DNA from: Polyangiaceae bacterium
GTDB taxonomy: Bacteria; Myxococcota_A; Polyangia; Polyangiales; Polyangiaceae
DNA: 64,000 bases
Reading direction: 5' to 3'
NCBI GenBank assembly: GCA_965222375.1
Contig: CBDCTZ010000016.1
Span: 1,280,001 to 1,344,000, forward strand
Part shown: positions 26,960-36,458 of the stretch, piece by piece
How the letters are laid out: every line of letters begins with the position of its first letter
How positions within the stretch are numbered: the first letter of the stretch is position 1
The notes under the pieces: generated by a model
What the model saw: only the letters and a program-made list of their open reading frames with translations
Database searches by the model: none
What the model was told of the DNA's origin: nothing
Program-made: the position numbers and the translations under genes

Positions 26960-27841
26960 ATGGCGAGGCGAGTAGTCCGCGTGGGGCTGGTGCAGATGGC
27001 AGCCGGCGAAGACAAAGCTGCGAACCTGAAGAAGGCGGCGGATGGCGTGCGCGACGCCGCCAAGCGCGGCGCGCAAATAGTGTGTTTGCAGGAGTTGTTC
27101 GCGGGGCCGTATTTCTGTCAGGTGGAAGACGCCGCGCTCTTCGATCTGGCCGAGCCCTTGGATGGACCTACCGTCACCGAAGTTGCTGCGGTTGCCAAAG
27201 AGCTTGGCGTGACGATCGTGACCAGCGTGTTCGAGAAGCGCGCGGCGGGCGTGTACCACAACACTGCAGTGGTGCTTGGCGAGCGGGGGGAAACCTTGAG
27301 CGTGTACCGAAAGATGCACATCCCGGACGACCCGCTCTACTACGAGAAGTTCTATTTCACACCAGGAGACCTTGGCTTCGTCAGCGCTGAGACAAAACAC
27401 GCCAACGTGGGCACGCTTGTATGTTGGGACCAGTGGTATCCGGAAGCGGCGCGGCTGACGGCGATGCGCGGCGCGGAGATGTTGTTCTACCCAACGGCCA
27501 TTGGTTGGCATCCGAGCGAGAAAGACGAGTTCGGCGACGCCCAGCTCGCGGCGTGGCAGACGATCCAAAAGAGCCACGCCATTGCCAACGGTGTTTTCGT
27601 GGTCGCAGTCAACCGTGTTGGGCACGAGGGGCCTGAGGATGGGGGTCTGGAGTTCTGGGGGCATTCCTTCATCGTCGACCCGGCCGGAACGGTGATCGCG
27701 GAGGCGGCGCAGGGCGAGCAGGTACTCGTCGCCGAATGCGATCTCGATCAAAGCGAAGAGGTGCGCCGAGGCTGGCCTTTCTTTCGGGATCGTCGCATCG
27801 ATGCTTATGGCGGCCTCACTGAGCGATTTCTCAAGGGCTGA
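26960..27841 (+). CDS. aguB: N-carbamoylputrescine amidase (nitrilase superfamily)
   Basis: E-K-C triad: CLQELF, YRKMHIP, VCWDQWYPE; adjacent to agmatine deiminase. Confidence 0.9.
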   Translation: MARRVVRVGLVQMAAGEDKAANLKKAADGVRDAAKRGAQIVCLQELFAGPYFCQVEDAALFDLAEPLDGPTVTEVAAVAKELGVTIVTSVFEKRAAGVYHNTAVVLGERGETLSVYRKMHIPDDPLYYEKFYFTPGDLGFVSAETKHANVGTLVCWDQWYPEAARLTAMRGAEMLFYPTAIGWHPSEKDEFGDAQLAAWQTIQKSHAIANGVFVVAVNRVGHEGPEDGGLEFWGHSFIVDPAGTVIAEAAQGEQVLVAECDLDQSEEVRRGWPFFRDRRIDAYGGLTERFLKG

Positions 27842-27844
27842 GCC

Positions 27845-29221
27845 ATGGCATTGAAAAGAAGGACGAAGTCACGAGCGGCAACGCCGTCTTCAGGGCCCAA
27901 ACGCGTCAAATCGTCCAAGGGCAGCAAGGCAGGCAAGCCCGCAAGAACCAAGAGTCCAAAGTCGAGCCGCGGCGCGAGTGGCAAGCCGAAGCAGCGTGGC
28001 GCCAGTGCGAAACCAAAGAAGCGCGGCGCGAGTGGTAAGCCGAAGCGGCGTGGCGCCAAGGCTGGAACGCTCAGGGGCGCCGAACTCGCCAAGGCCAAGG
28101 CCCGGAAAGATTCGGCACATGCCCAGGGCTATCGCATGCCGGCAGAGTGGGAGCCCCATGAGGCAACCTGGATTGCGTGGCCCCACAACCGTAGCGATTG
28201 GCCCGGCAAGGGACTGCTGGTGTCGTGGGTGTTCGTGGAGATGGCGCGCCACCTCCAGACGGGGGAGCGCATCCGACTTATCGTGCGGGACAAGCAGGAA
28301 CGAGCACGCGCGTTGAAGGCCATGGCGCGTGGTGGCGTCGAGCGCTCGCGAATCGACGTATTCATCAAGAAGACGGATCGATCTTGGACTCGCGACTCGC
28401 TGCCCACCTTCGTGACCCGCACCGTGAAGTCACCGGGGCCATCGCCGCGTCTTCGTGTCATGAAGCGCGAGGTCGCGGCTGTGAAATGGAAGTTCAATGG
28501 CTGGGCGCGCTACTCGGACCACAAGCTAGACGAAGCCTGCGGGCAAGCCGTCGCCGAGGTTGTGGCGACCAGAGTGTTCCGCCCCAGCGCGCCCACCAAG
28601 AAGAAAAGGCGCCGCGTCGTGTTGGAAGGCGGCGCCATCGACGTGGACGGTCAGGGCACGCTGCTGGTCACGGAGCAGTGCATGCTCAGCGGCGCCTACC
28701 CACGCAATCCCAAGCTGGACAAGGCGGGCATGGAGCGCGTGTTCGAGGACCAGTTGGGGGTCAAGAAGGTGCTGTGGTTGGACGAGGGTATCGTCGGGGA
28801 TGACACGACGGGCCACGTGGACGATTTCGCGCGCTTCGTGGCGCCCGGCGTGATCGCATTGTCTCTGGAATCGAACCGGCGCGACGAGAACTATCGGGCC
28901 TTGGCTGCTGCCAAGGAGCGGTTGCAGGGACAGCGCGACGCACGGGGACGCAAGATCCAAATCGTCGCGCTGCCCATGCCCAACCCGGTGTACTTCGGTG
29001 GGCAACGCCTACCCGCCAGTTACGCGAACTTCTACATCGGCAATCGCGTGGTCTTGGTGCCCACCTTCAACGACCCAAAGGATCGCGTTGCCTTGGGGAT
29101 CATCGCGGGACTGTTCCCCAAGCGCAACGTCATTGGGATCCACTGTCTGGATCTAGTGCTTGGTCTCGGCACCCTGCATTGCAGCACGCAGCAAGAGCCC
29201 GCGGCGGGCACCAGGCGCTAG
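27845..29221 (+). CDS. aguA: Agmatine deiminase with Lys/Arg-rich N-terminal extension
   Basis: YRMPAEWEPHEATWIAWP, WTRD, LEGGAIDVDG, GHVDD, ASYANFY, LHCSTQQEP. Confidence 0.93.
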   Translation: MALKRRTKSRAATPSSGPKRVKSSKGSKAGKPARTKSPKSSRGASGKPKQRGASAKPKKRGASGKPKRRGAKAGTLRGAELAKAKARKDSAHAQGYRMPAEWEPHEATWIAWPHNRSDWPGKGLLVSWVFVEMARHLQTGERIRLIVRDKQERARALKAMARGGVERSRIDVFIKKTDRSWTRDSLPTFVTRTVKSPGPSPRLRVMKREVAAVKWKFNGWARYSDHKLDEACGQAVAEVVATRVFRPSAPTKKKRRRVVLEGGAIDVDGQGTLLVTEQCMLSGAYPRNPKLDKAGMERVFEDQLGVKKVLWLDEGIVGDDTTGHVDDFARFVAPGVIALSLESNRRDENYRALAAAKERLQGQRDARGRKIQIVALPMPNPVYFGGQRLPASYANFYIGNRVVLVPTFNDPKDRVALGIIAGLFPKRNVIGIHCLDLVLGLGTLHCSTQQEPAAGTRR

Positions 29222-29229
29222 GCAGGCAC

Positions 29230-29802
29230 ATGCAGATCTCGCGGCCGCAGTTCCTGGTGTTGGGCCTAGCTCTGGCTGGTTGTGCGCCGCCGGCGAGAGA
29301 CACGGTGCACCCAGCGATTTGCCATCGCGATCCGGAGGAGTTGCCAAGACTCGACGCGGCCGGGCTTGCTGCCGCTGTCCATCGAGCGTCCCACGTTCTA
29401 CGCGGTCGGGTCCGCTTCACCGGCGACGCGGTCAATCGCGATGGCCGCAGAGAGCAGCGCTACCGCTACATCATCGTCGACGCTTTGGAATTCTTGAAAG
29501 GCGATCCCTGGCAAGTCCCAGGTCGCTATCGCAAGAGCTTCCCAATCCTGGTGCTGGAGGAGGGTCAGAGCGAGAGCCAGCACTTCAACCCGCGGCCCAC
29601 CGACAAGGCTTTGGCCGCGGCGCTAGCCTGTCGGGAAGGGGAAGCGCTGTGGTTCGTGTTGGACCTGCCGGATCCCCAGCGGCGTCCGCTTCACGAAATG
29701 CCGGACCCCGTGCGGCGTTCCTTTGGCCCCTTGGACGTGCGGGTGCATGCTGTCGCGCAAAAAAGTCAACGAGATCAGCTACTTAGCGCAGTGAGTCGTT
29801 AA
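29230..29802 (+). CDS. Hypothetical lipoprotein
   Basis: Lipobox LALAGC; starts 8 bp after aguA stop. Confidence 0.65.
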   Translation: MQISRPQFLVLGLALAGCAPPARDTVHPAICHRDPEELPRLDAAGLAAAVHRASHVLRGRVRFTGDAVNRDGRREQRYRYIIVDALEFLKGDPWQVPGRYRKSFPILVLEEGQSESQHFNPRPTDKALAAALACREGEALWFVLDLPDPQRRPLHEMPDPVRRSFGPLDVRVHAVAQKSQRDQLLSAVSR

Positions 29803-29831
29803 CCGTCCGGGAGTCTGGTATTTAACCGGCC

Positions 29832-31073
29832 ATGGCTAAGACACCCCATCTACTTTCCTGGATTCTACTTCCCGTTTCTGCCCTGTCGTTGAATTGCGGC
29901 GCCATCCCCGGCATGCCCGGTGGCGGAGACTGCCCTGAAACTCCTGAAGCCGCGATGAAGGCAGACTTCGGCCTCAAGGCCGAGATGGAGGGCAAAGTGA
30001 AGGCTGCCCTTGCAGCCGGCGCCGCCCTCAAAGGACTTGCTGCCGAGGTCGAAGCGGATGTTGCGACTGCCTGCGGCAACCTCGCCAAGGACCTGGGGGC
30101 CTCCGATGACGACATCGAGCCCGCCGAAGAAGGCCCCGGTAAAAAGGCTGAGGCGGCTTGTCAGGCTGCGGTGAAGGTGTTGGGGGAAGTGAAAGCCAAG
30201 GCCTCGGGCAGCTTGAACGTCAAGGTCGTGCCTCCGAAGTGCTCGGCGTCCATGAGCGCCATGGCCGAGTGTGCCGGCGAGTGCGATGCGACGGTCAAGC
30301 CCGGTGAGGCCAACGTCAAATGCGAGGGTGGGGAAATCAGCGGCAAGTGCGAAGGCAAGTGCGAAGGTTCATGCACTGTCGAAGCCGGTGCGAAATGCGA
30401 GGGCTCATGCTCGGCTAGCTGTGAAGGCTCGTGCGAAGGCAAGTTCAGCGGCAAGTGCGAAGGCAAGTGCGACGGCACCTGCAACGGCGCGAGCACCAGT
30501 GGCGGTGAGTGCGACGGTACCTGCGACGGCACCTGTGAAGGCAGCGGCGAAGGTAGCTGTGCTGGGACCTGCAAGGGCTCCTGCAGCGCCCAGTGCGAGA
30601 TGAAGGGGCAGGCGACCTGCGAAGGCAGTTGCTCCGGTGGTTGCAGTGTCGAGATCAAGGAGCCCAAGTGCAGCGGCGAAGTGAAGCCTCCCGAGATGAG
30701 CGCCGAGTGCAAAGCCAGCTGCGACGCACAGGTCAGCGGCAAGGTGGAGTGCGTTCCCGCACAGGTTCGCGTCAATATCGCTGGCGCAGCCGATGCGGAA
30801 GCAGCCACGAAGCTCAAGGCGGCTCTGAAGGCTAACCTGCCCGCATTGCTCAAGGTCACCCTGGGCATGAAGGCCAAGATCGAGCGCGCCGTCGCCAACG
30901 TGAAGGCCACTTTGGACGGCGTCAAAGCGGTCGTTAAGGGTGGGGGTGCAGCCGCCATCAAGGTCGGCGGCTGCATCGCAGCATCGATCAAAGCGCAGGC
31001 GGAAGCCTCGGTGTCGATCAATGTTTCGGTGAAGGCCAGTGCCAGCGCCAGCGGTTCCGCCGGCGCCGGATGA
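29832..31073 (+). CDS. Cys-rich lipoprotein with (CxGx)n repeat stalk
   Basis: Lipobox SLNC; central CEGKCEGSC...CDGTCNG ladder flanked by Ala-rich helical regions. Confidence 0.85.
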   Translation: MAKTPHLLSWILLPVSALSLNCGAIPGMPGGGDCPETPEAAMKADFGLKAEMEGKVKAALAAGAALKGLAAEVEADVATACGNLAKDLGASDDDIEPAEEGPGKKAEAACQAAVKVLGEVKAKASGSLNVKVVPPKCSASMSAMAECAGECDATVKPGEANVKCEGGEISGKCEGKCEGSCTVEAGAKCEGSCSASCEGSCEGKFSGKCEGKCDGTCNGASTSGGECDGTCDGTCEGSGEGSCAGTCKGSCSAQCEMKGQATCEGSCSGGCSVEIKEPKCSGEVKPPEMSAECKASCDAQVSGKVECVPAQVRVNIAGAADAEAATKLKAALKANLPALLKVTLGMKAKIERAVANVKATLDGVKAVVKGGGAAAIKVGGCIAASIKAQAEASVSINVSVKASASASGSAGAG

Positions 31074-31164
31074 GCTGGTTAGACGCCTAGTTCTGCACTG
31101 ACAAAGCTCTTTGCGCGGCGCTCTGCGCCGCGCTAGGACGCCCCTTATCCAAGGAGGTTTCGTC

Positions 31165-32097
31165 TTGCCCAAGCACGTCCTGATCGCCACCGTGAAGCCC
31201 TTTGCACCTGCTGCTCGAGAGCAGATCGTCAACATCTTGAAAGAGGCCAAGTACGAGACGAGCGTGCTCGAGAAGTATTCGGGCAAGGGTGCGCTGGTCG
31301 AGGCCGCGAAGAATGCGGATGCGATGATCATTCGCAGCGACAAGATCGACACCGAGGTGCTCGCGGCTGCCGACAAGCTCAGCTTGGTCGTGCGTGCGGG
31401 CGCCGGCTACGACAACGTCGACACGGCAGCTGCGAAAGAACGCGGCGTTGCTGTCATGAACACCCCCGGCCAGAACGCCAACGCCGTTGCGGAGTTGGCG
31501 CTGGCGATGATGGTCTACATCGCTCGCAACCAATTCGACGGCACGTCTGGTACGGAATTGATGGGCAAGACCTTGGGCATTCACGCCTTTGGTGCGGTCG
31601 GGCGATCCGTCGCCCGCATTGCCAAGGGATTTGGCATGAACATCATCGCCTTCGACCCCTTCATCGACGCAGCCGCCATGCAGGTTGCGGGTGTTACCGC
31701 CGCCAAGCACGTGGAAGAGGTGTACGAAAAATCCCGCTACGTCTCTTTGCACATCCCCGCCACGCCCGAGACCACGGGTAGCATCGGCAAAGACAAGCTG
31801 ATGCGCATGCCCAAGGGTGCCACTCTGGTGAATACGGCGCGAAAAGAGATCATCAACGAAGCCGAACTGCTCGGCGTGTTGGCCGAGCGCGACGACTTCC
31901 GCTACGCGAGCGACATTCCTCCCACGACGGAGACCTTGGCCAAGCTCAAGGAGCTGTACCCCAAGCGTGTCTACGTCAGCCCAGTGAAGATGGGCGCCCA
32001 GACCGGGGAAGCCAACGTCAACGCTGGTCTGGCAGCGGCACGTCAGATCGTCGGCTTCTTCGAAAACGGCGATCGCACTTACGTCGTCAATCCTTGA
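31165..32097 (+). CDS. serA: D-3-phosphoglycerate dehydrogenase, short type III with Lys at catalytic His position
   Basis: AAGGAGG RBS at 31151 + TTG; VRAGAGYDNVD, NTPGQNANAVAE, GIHAFGAVG, VNTAR, SPVKMGAQT; no ACT domain. Confidence 0.85.
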   Translation: MPKHVLIATVKPFAPAAREQIVNILKEAKYETSVLEKYSGKGALVEAAKNADAMIIRSDKIDTEVLAAADKLSLVVRAGAGYDNVDTAAAKERGVAVMNTPGQNANAVAELALAMMVYIARNQFDGTSGTELMGKTLGIHAFGAVGRSVARIAKGFGMNIIAFDPFIDAAAMQVAGVTAAKHVEEVYEKSRYVSLHIPATPETTGSIGKDKLMRMPKGATLVNTARKEIINEAELLGVLAERDDFRYASDIPPTTETLAKLKELYPKRVYVSPVKMGAQTGEANVNAGLAAARQIVGFFENGDRTYVVNP

Positions 32098-32122
32098 GTC
32101 GCGAGGGCTGAGGGGGGCGGCG

Positions 32123-33853
32123 ATGTTCGTTTGCCCGGAGTGCGGCAGGAGCCAAGAGGCGCCCGGCTTCTGTACTGAAGACGGAACCGCGTACGCTGAC
32201 GGCAGCGCCGACCGCCTGCTGGGCCAGCTGGTCGGCCGCTATCGCGTTGCCCGCATGATCGGCAAAGGCGGCATGGGCGAGGTGTACCTCGGCGTGCAGC
32301 CGGAGATCGGCAGTCGAGTGGCCATCAAGGTGCTGCCCCCGGAACGCGCCGAGAACCACACTTTGGTCGATCGCTTCTTCGCTGAAGCGCGCGCGGTGAA
32401 CCTGATCCGTCACGAAGGCATCGTGAACGTGCTGGATCTGTCGACCTTGCCCGATGGTCGCCCCTTCATCGTGATGGAGTTCTTAGAAGGCGCTCCCCTA
32501 TCCAGCGTCATTGCGCGCGGGCCCATCCCCTTGGGCACGCTGGCGAACCTCGCCATTGACGTCGCGGGCGCCCTCGGCGCGGCGCATGGCGCGGGGATCA
32601 TCCATCGTGACCTCAAGCCGGACAACGTGTTCGTGACGGCGATCGGTCGCCCCAAGGTCCTGGACTTCGGCATCGCCAAGCTCCGTCCCGAACTCGGCGC
32701 AGGCGATGTTGCCACTCAAACCGGAGCACTCCTGGGCACGCCCCACTACATGTCGTCGGAACAGGCTCTGGGGCGGGCCGTGGACCACCGCTCAGATATC
32801 TACTCCCTGGGCGTCATTCTGTTCGAGGCCGCAACCGGTCAAAGACCCTTCGACTCGGACTCGCTCTTCGAGCTGCTTAAGCATCATGTGGAAACGCCTG
32901 CACCCTCGCCGCTGTCCCTCAAACCGGACATGCCGCCTGCCTACGCGGCCGTCATCCTGCGCACCCTCGAGAAGGACCCAGACGCCCGCTTTCAATCTGC
33001 CGACGAGCTGGGCCATGCACTGCACGACGCAGCACGAGCACTCGATGAGTCCGCCTATGCTTCGCTATCCCGCTACGGCTCACTGCCCCCGTCCGGTGGC
33101 GCGCTCGCGCCCCACCACAGCTCGGGTTCCGCTCGAGTATCGGCCGTCGCACCCACTGCGCCAGGAGTGGGGACGACGATTGGACAGCCCGAGGCGCCGC
33201 CGCCCCCTAGCTTCCGATTGTGGCCCATCCTGGTTGCGCTCGGCATCGTCGTGCTCGGGGGCGCGGCCTTGATCGGTTTCGTTTTCGTGCTTGGCAGCCA
33301 GGGTCTTAGGCTGTCAGAGGCCCAAGCACCGGTGCCGGGAGCACCGGTCGGAAGCGAAGCCGTGAAGGGGCCGGGCATGAGCTATCGCACCCGAGCGGGC
33401 GGCTGGAATCAGAAACGCTTCGAGATCGAGCCCGCCTTTGCGCTTGGGGAAAAGGAGGCGCGGCATTACTTCAGCGACGCCACCTTGGTCAGTTTCATCG
33501 CCACCGGCGCTAAGCTCGATGGCACCGTCGACCTCACGGCCTCTGGTTCGGCGGTGTCCATGACCTTTCGCTCGCCAGCAGCGTCCGCGGGCAAGCGCAT
33601 GGGCCGGTGCCTCGTCAGCGTCTCGATGTCCGAGGAGTACCTGACCTCTGCCGTCTTGAGTTCCTCCCCCTGCTACCAACTCGCCATCGGCCGACCCAAA
33701 TGCAGCGTGAAGGAAGTGTACAAGAAGGCGCGCGCCACTGGATTCGAACCCAAGGAGTCGATGAGTTTGACGTTCACACAATACGGTACGAGCCCGGCCT
33801 GGCAGCTGGAAGGCAAGGACGGAGCGAAAGGCCTCGTGCTCGACGACTGCTGA
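32123..33853 (+). CDS. Transmembrane Hanks-type Ser/Thr protein kinase with N-terminal Zn-ribbon-like motif
   Basis: CPEC..FCTEDG; GKGGMGEVY, VAIK, HRDLKPDN, DFG, GTPHYM; one TM helix. Confidence 0.93.
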   Translation: MFVCPECGRSQEAPGFCTEDGTAYADGSADRLLGQLVGRYRVARMIGKGGMGEVYLGVQPEIGSRVAIKVLPPERAENHTLVDRFFAEARAVNLIRHEGIVNVLDLSTLPDGRPFIVMEFLEGAPLSSVIARGPIPLGTLANLAIDVAGALGAAHGAGIIHRDLKPDNVFVTAIGRPKVLDFGIAKLRPELGAGDVATQTGALLGTPHYMSSEQALGRAVDHRSDIYSLGVILFEAATGQRPFDSDSLFELLKHHVETPAPSPLSLKPDMPPAYAAVILRTLEKDPDARFQSADELGHALHDAARALDESAYASLSRYGSLPPSGGALAPHHSSGSARVSAVAPTAPGVGTTIGQPEAPPPPSFRLWPILVALGIVVLGGAALIGFVFVLGSQGLRLSEAQAPVPGAPVGSEAVKGPGMSYRTRAGGWNQKRFEIEPAFALGEKEARHYFSDATLVSFIATGAKLDGTVDLTASGSAVSMTFRSPAASAGKRMGRCLVSVSMSEEYLTSAVLSSSPCYQLAIGRPKCSVKEVYKKARATGFEPKESMSLTFTQYGTSPAWQLEGKDGAKGLVLDDC

Positions 33854-33935
33854 GCGACTGCAAATCTTTCCGCAAAGCTTTCAAAGAACGCAGTGACTGC
33901 AGTAATGGAAACGACGAAACCTGAAGAAGGGGGGT

Positions 33936-33951
33936 TGGCACGTCCCTCGCA
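33936..33951 (+). promoter_or_regulatory. Putative sigma-54 (-24/-12) promoter
   Basis: TGGCACGTCCCTCGCA: GG-N10-GC spacing, 26 bp before ATG 33977, GGAGG RBS between. Confidence 0.6.
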
Positions 33952-33976
33952 CCGTCCAGCCTTACGGAGGGTACCC

Positions 33977-34297
33977 ATGCGCGTAATACACTTGATCACC
34001 TCAGCCCTTGTCATCGCCCCCCTCGCTCTAGGCTGCGAGAAGAAGGCAGAACCCATTTGCCCCAAGGGTGCTGAAGTAACCCTCTCCGGCAATCACGGTC
34101 ACACTTCCGAGCTGGGAGCCGAGAAACTCAAGAAGGGCAGCTCGGCCAAAGCGCCCGTCAAGGGCGGCACTCACGAGCACGCCATCGTGCTGCGTACGGA
34201 AGACGTCGAGAGCCTGCACACCAGCAAGTCGGTCAAATCCCGTACGAGTAGCGTGAACGCCCACGTGCACGAAATCGAAGTGCGTTGTAAGCCCTGA
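33977..34297 (+). CDS. Small lipoprotein with three HxH motifs (putative metal binding)
   Basis: Lipobox LALGC; GNHGH, GTHEH, NAHVH; GGAGG RBS. Confidence 0.8.
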   Translation: MRVIHLITSALVIAPLALGCEKKAEPICPKGAEVTLSGNHGHTSELGAEKLKKGSSAKAPVKGGTHEHAIVLRTEDVESLHTSKSVKSRTSSVNAHVHEIEVRCKP

Positions 34298-34326
34298 CGG
34301 GCCACGCTCTGCTAGGCTCGACAGCC

Positions 34327-35109
34327 GTGCGGCTTGGTTTCGCTGCGGCGGCGATTTCGATCAGTGTTTTAGGCGCACCCCAGGCGCGCGCGGCGCCCAA
34401 CACGGATCGCTGCCTCGAGGCCTACGTCAGCGCGCAGCGGCTGCAAAAGAAACGTGAGCTCGTCGGAGCCAAGAAAGAGCTGATCGTTTGCGCGCAGCCC
34501 AGTTGTCCGGGCCAAATTGTGAAGGACTGCACGGCCTGGCTCGCCGACGTGGAGCGCCGCACGCCCACGCTCGTGGTTGACGTGAGCGACGGGTCTGACC
34601 GGATCTTGCCGACTCAGGTGCTCGTGGACGGCACGGCCATCGCTCCGCCGCGCCGGGGCGCTGCCTTTGAAGTCGACCCCGGCGAGCGAGAGCTCGTGGT
34701 CGTCTTGCCTGGAGGCAAGCGGCTCGTTCAGATCGTGGTGGTGCTGGAGGGCGAGCGAGAGAAGCGGGTGAGCTTCAGCGCTGAAAAGCCCGCTGCCGCG
34801 GCCAGTCGAGACATGCTGCCGGTCTACGCCTTCGGAGTCACCAGCGCCCTGGCTCTGGGCAGCTTCACGTTCTTCGCGCTGCGCAGCCACGACAAGAGAA
34901 ACGATCTCGACGCTTGCAAAGGAAGCTGTAGCGAAGATTCAGTGAACCAGGTGCGCCGCGAACAGATCGCGGCCGACATTTCGCTCTTGGTCGCCTTGGT
35001 CAGCGGGGGCGCCGCCACCTATTTCGCCCTCAAACCCGTCGAGGAGGTGCAGGTCGGCGCCGCCGTGGGATCGGCTCACGCCTTTGCCACCTTGAGTCGA
35101 CACTTCTGA
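34327..35109 (+). CDS. Exported hypothetical protein (TPR-like N-terminus, PEGA-like middle, hydrophobic C-terminus)
   Basis: Signal peptide; CLEAYVSAQRL...CAQPSCP...DC; VLVDG...EVDPGE. Confidence 0.72.
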   Translation: MRLGFAAAAISISVLGAPQARAAPNTDRCLEAYVSAQRLQKKRELVGAKKELIVCAQPSCPGQIVKDCTAWLADVERRTPTLVVDVSDGSDRILPTQVLVDGTAIAPPRRGAAFEVDPGERELVVVLPGGKRLVQIVVVLEGEREKRVSFSAEKPAAAASRDMLPVYAFGVTSALALGSFTFFALRSHDKRNDLDACKGSCSEDSVNQVRREQIAADISLLVALVSGGAATYFALKPVEEVQVGAAVGSAHAFATLSRHF

Positions 35110-35205
35110 CTAGCGAAACTTTTTCGCGCTCATGCGTTGACGGCGGGGCCGCATGAGGTCAAAGTGCACATCGGCCCGCGGGCCGAATGCCTTCGGGAGG
35201 GCAAG

Positions 35206-36405
35206 ATGCACTCGGTTTCTTGGCGGTTTTTCGGTTTGGGTTTGCTGGCGATGGGTGCGCTCGTGGTTGCGTGCAGCGCCGACAGTGCAGGTGCTGACAA
35301 CAGGGCCACCGGTGGCGGTACCAGTAGCGGTGGCTCGGGTGCCGGCGGCGGTGCATCCGGCAGCGGTGGCGGCATCAACACCGGCGGAAGCGGCGCGGGC
35401 ATCAACCTCGACTCCGGAACCGGGGCGAGCGGCGGTAGCGATGCTGCGTGTGCCGAGACGACAGCTGCAGCGGGTCCACCACAGCCTCTTCCCGCCGACA
35501 TCATCTGGGCAGTGGATCAGTCCGGCAGCATGGACCAGGAAACCCAGTACGTACAAAGCAAGATCAACGACTTTGCCAACCAGATCGCTGCCACGAGTAT
35601 CGACTATCGCGTGGTGATGATCGCGTCGAAGAGCGGGGGCAACCCAATTTGTGTACCGCCGCCGCTGTCCGGCGGTGGTTGCGGCAATGGTCCTCGCTTC
35701 CGGCTGGTGGACGTCAAGGTCGACAGCAACGACGCACTGAACAAGATCATCAACAACTACTCCAAGTACTCGGACTTCTTGCGTCCCAATTCAGTCAAAC
35801 ACTTCGTGGTGGTCTCCGATGACGATGCCACGGATGGTCCCAATGACTCTGCGCAGGCCTTTGCCAATTCCTTGGCGGCGCTCACGCCACCTGGGATGTT
35901 TGCGAAGTGGAAGTTTCACGCGATCTTCTCCTATGGGCCAGGTCTGCCCATCTTGGGCTGCGTCGGACCCTTCGGTACCGGAGCCGCCATCGGGCTGGTT
36001 TACGACGCGCTGACCAAGCTGCCGCAGAATGGCGGTGCCAAGGGCGTCATCTGTCTCGACAACTGGCAGCCGGTATTCAACGCTATCAAGACCGCGGTGG
36101 TGCAGGGCTCCAAGGTCAGTTGCGACTACACCGTGCCGGATCCCGGAGGCGGTCAGACCGTCGACCCCACCAAGGTCAACGTGGACTACTTGCCCGGCGG
36201 CAATCCGCCGGCTCAGCCCATCTTCCGCGTGAATGACCTTGGTGGTTGTCAGGGCGGTGGCACCGGTGGTTGGTACTTCGACAACAACGCAGCCCCCACC
36301 AAGATCTTGCTCTGCCCCGCCACTTGCACCGCCGTGCAGTCGGATTCTGCAGCCAAGATAGACGTGAAGTTCGGTTGCGATAGCGTCTACCAACCACCCA
36401 AGTGA
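35206..36405 (+). CDS. vWA-domain lipoprotein
   Basis: Lipobox LVVAC, Gly linker, MIDAS DQSGSM, VVVSDD; C-terminal CDYTVP...GWYFD...LCPATC...FGC. Confidence 0.88.
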   Translation: MHSVSWRFFGLGLLAMGALVVACSADSAGADNRATGGGTSSGGSGAGGGASGSGGGINTGGSGAGINLDSGTGASGGSDAACAETTAAAGPPQPLPADIIWAVDQSGSMDQETQYVQSKINDFANQIAATSIDYRVVMIASKSGGNPICVPPPLSGGGCGNGPRFRLVDVKVDSNDALNKIINNYSKYSDFLRPNSVKHFVVVSDDDATDGPNDSAQAFANSLAALTPPGMFAKWKFHAIFSYGPGLPILGCVGPFGTGAAIGLVYDALTKLPQNGGAKGVICLDNWQPVFNAIKTAVVQGSKVSCDYTVPDPGGGQTVDPTKVNVDYLPGGNPPAQPIFRVNDLGGCQGGGTGGWYFDNNAAPTKILLCPATCTAVQSDSAAKIDVKFGCDSVYQPPK

Positions 36406-36407
36406 GC

Positions 36408-36458
36408 GCTGACACGCGCTGACAGTGTCAGGCGTGTAAGCGTTTGATTTGGTTTGGG
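36408..36458 (+). terminator. Possible intrinsic terminator
   Basis: Nested hairpin GCTGACACGC..CTGACA-G-TGTCAG..GCGTGTAAGC followed by T-rich tract just after stop 36405. Confidence 0.45.

Noticed and set aside
26696..27751. 351-aa antisense ORF over aguB (likewise 41390..42937 and 46323..47546)
   Set aside because: High-GC shadow ORFs with no recognisable motifs, opposite well-supported genes.
31074..31164. Riboswitch upstream of serA
   Set aside because: Only a short GC hairpin; no recognisable glycine, SAM or ZTP aptamer features.
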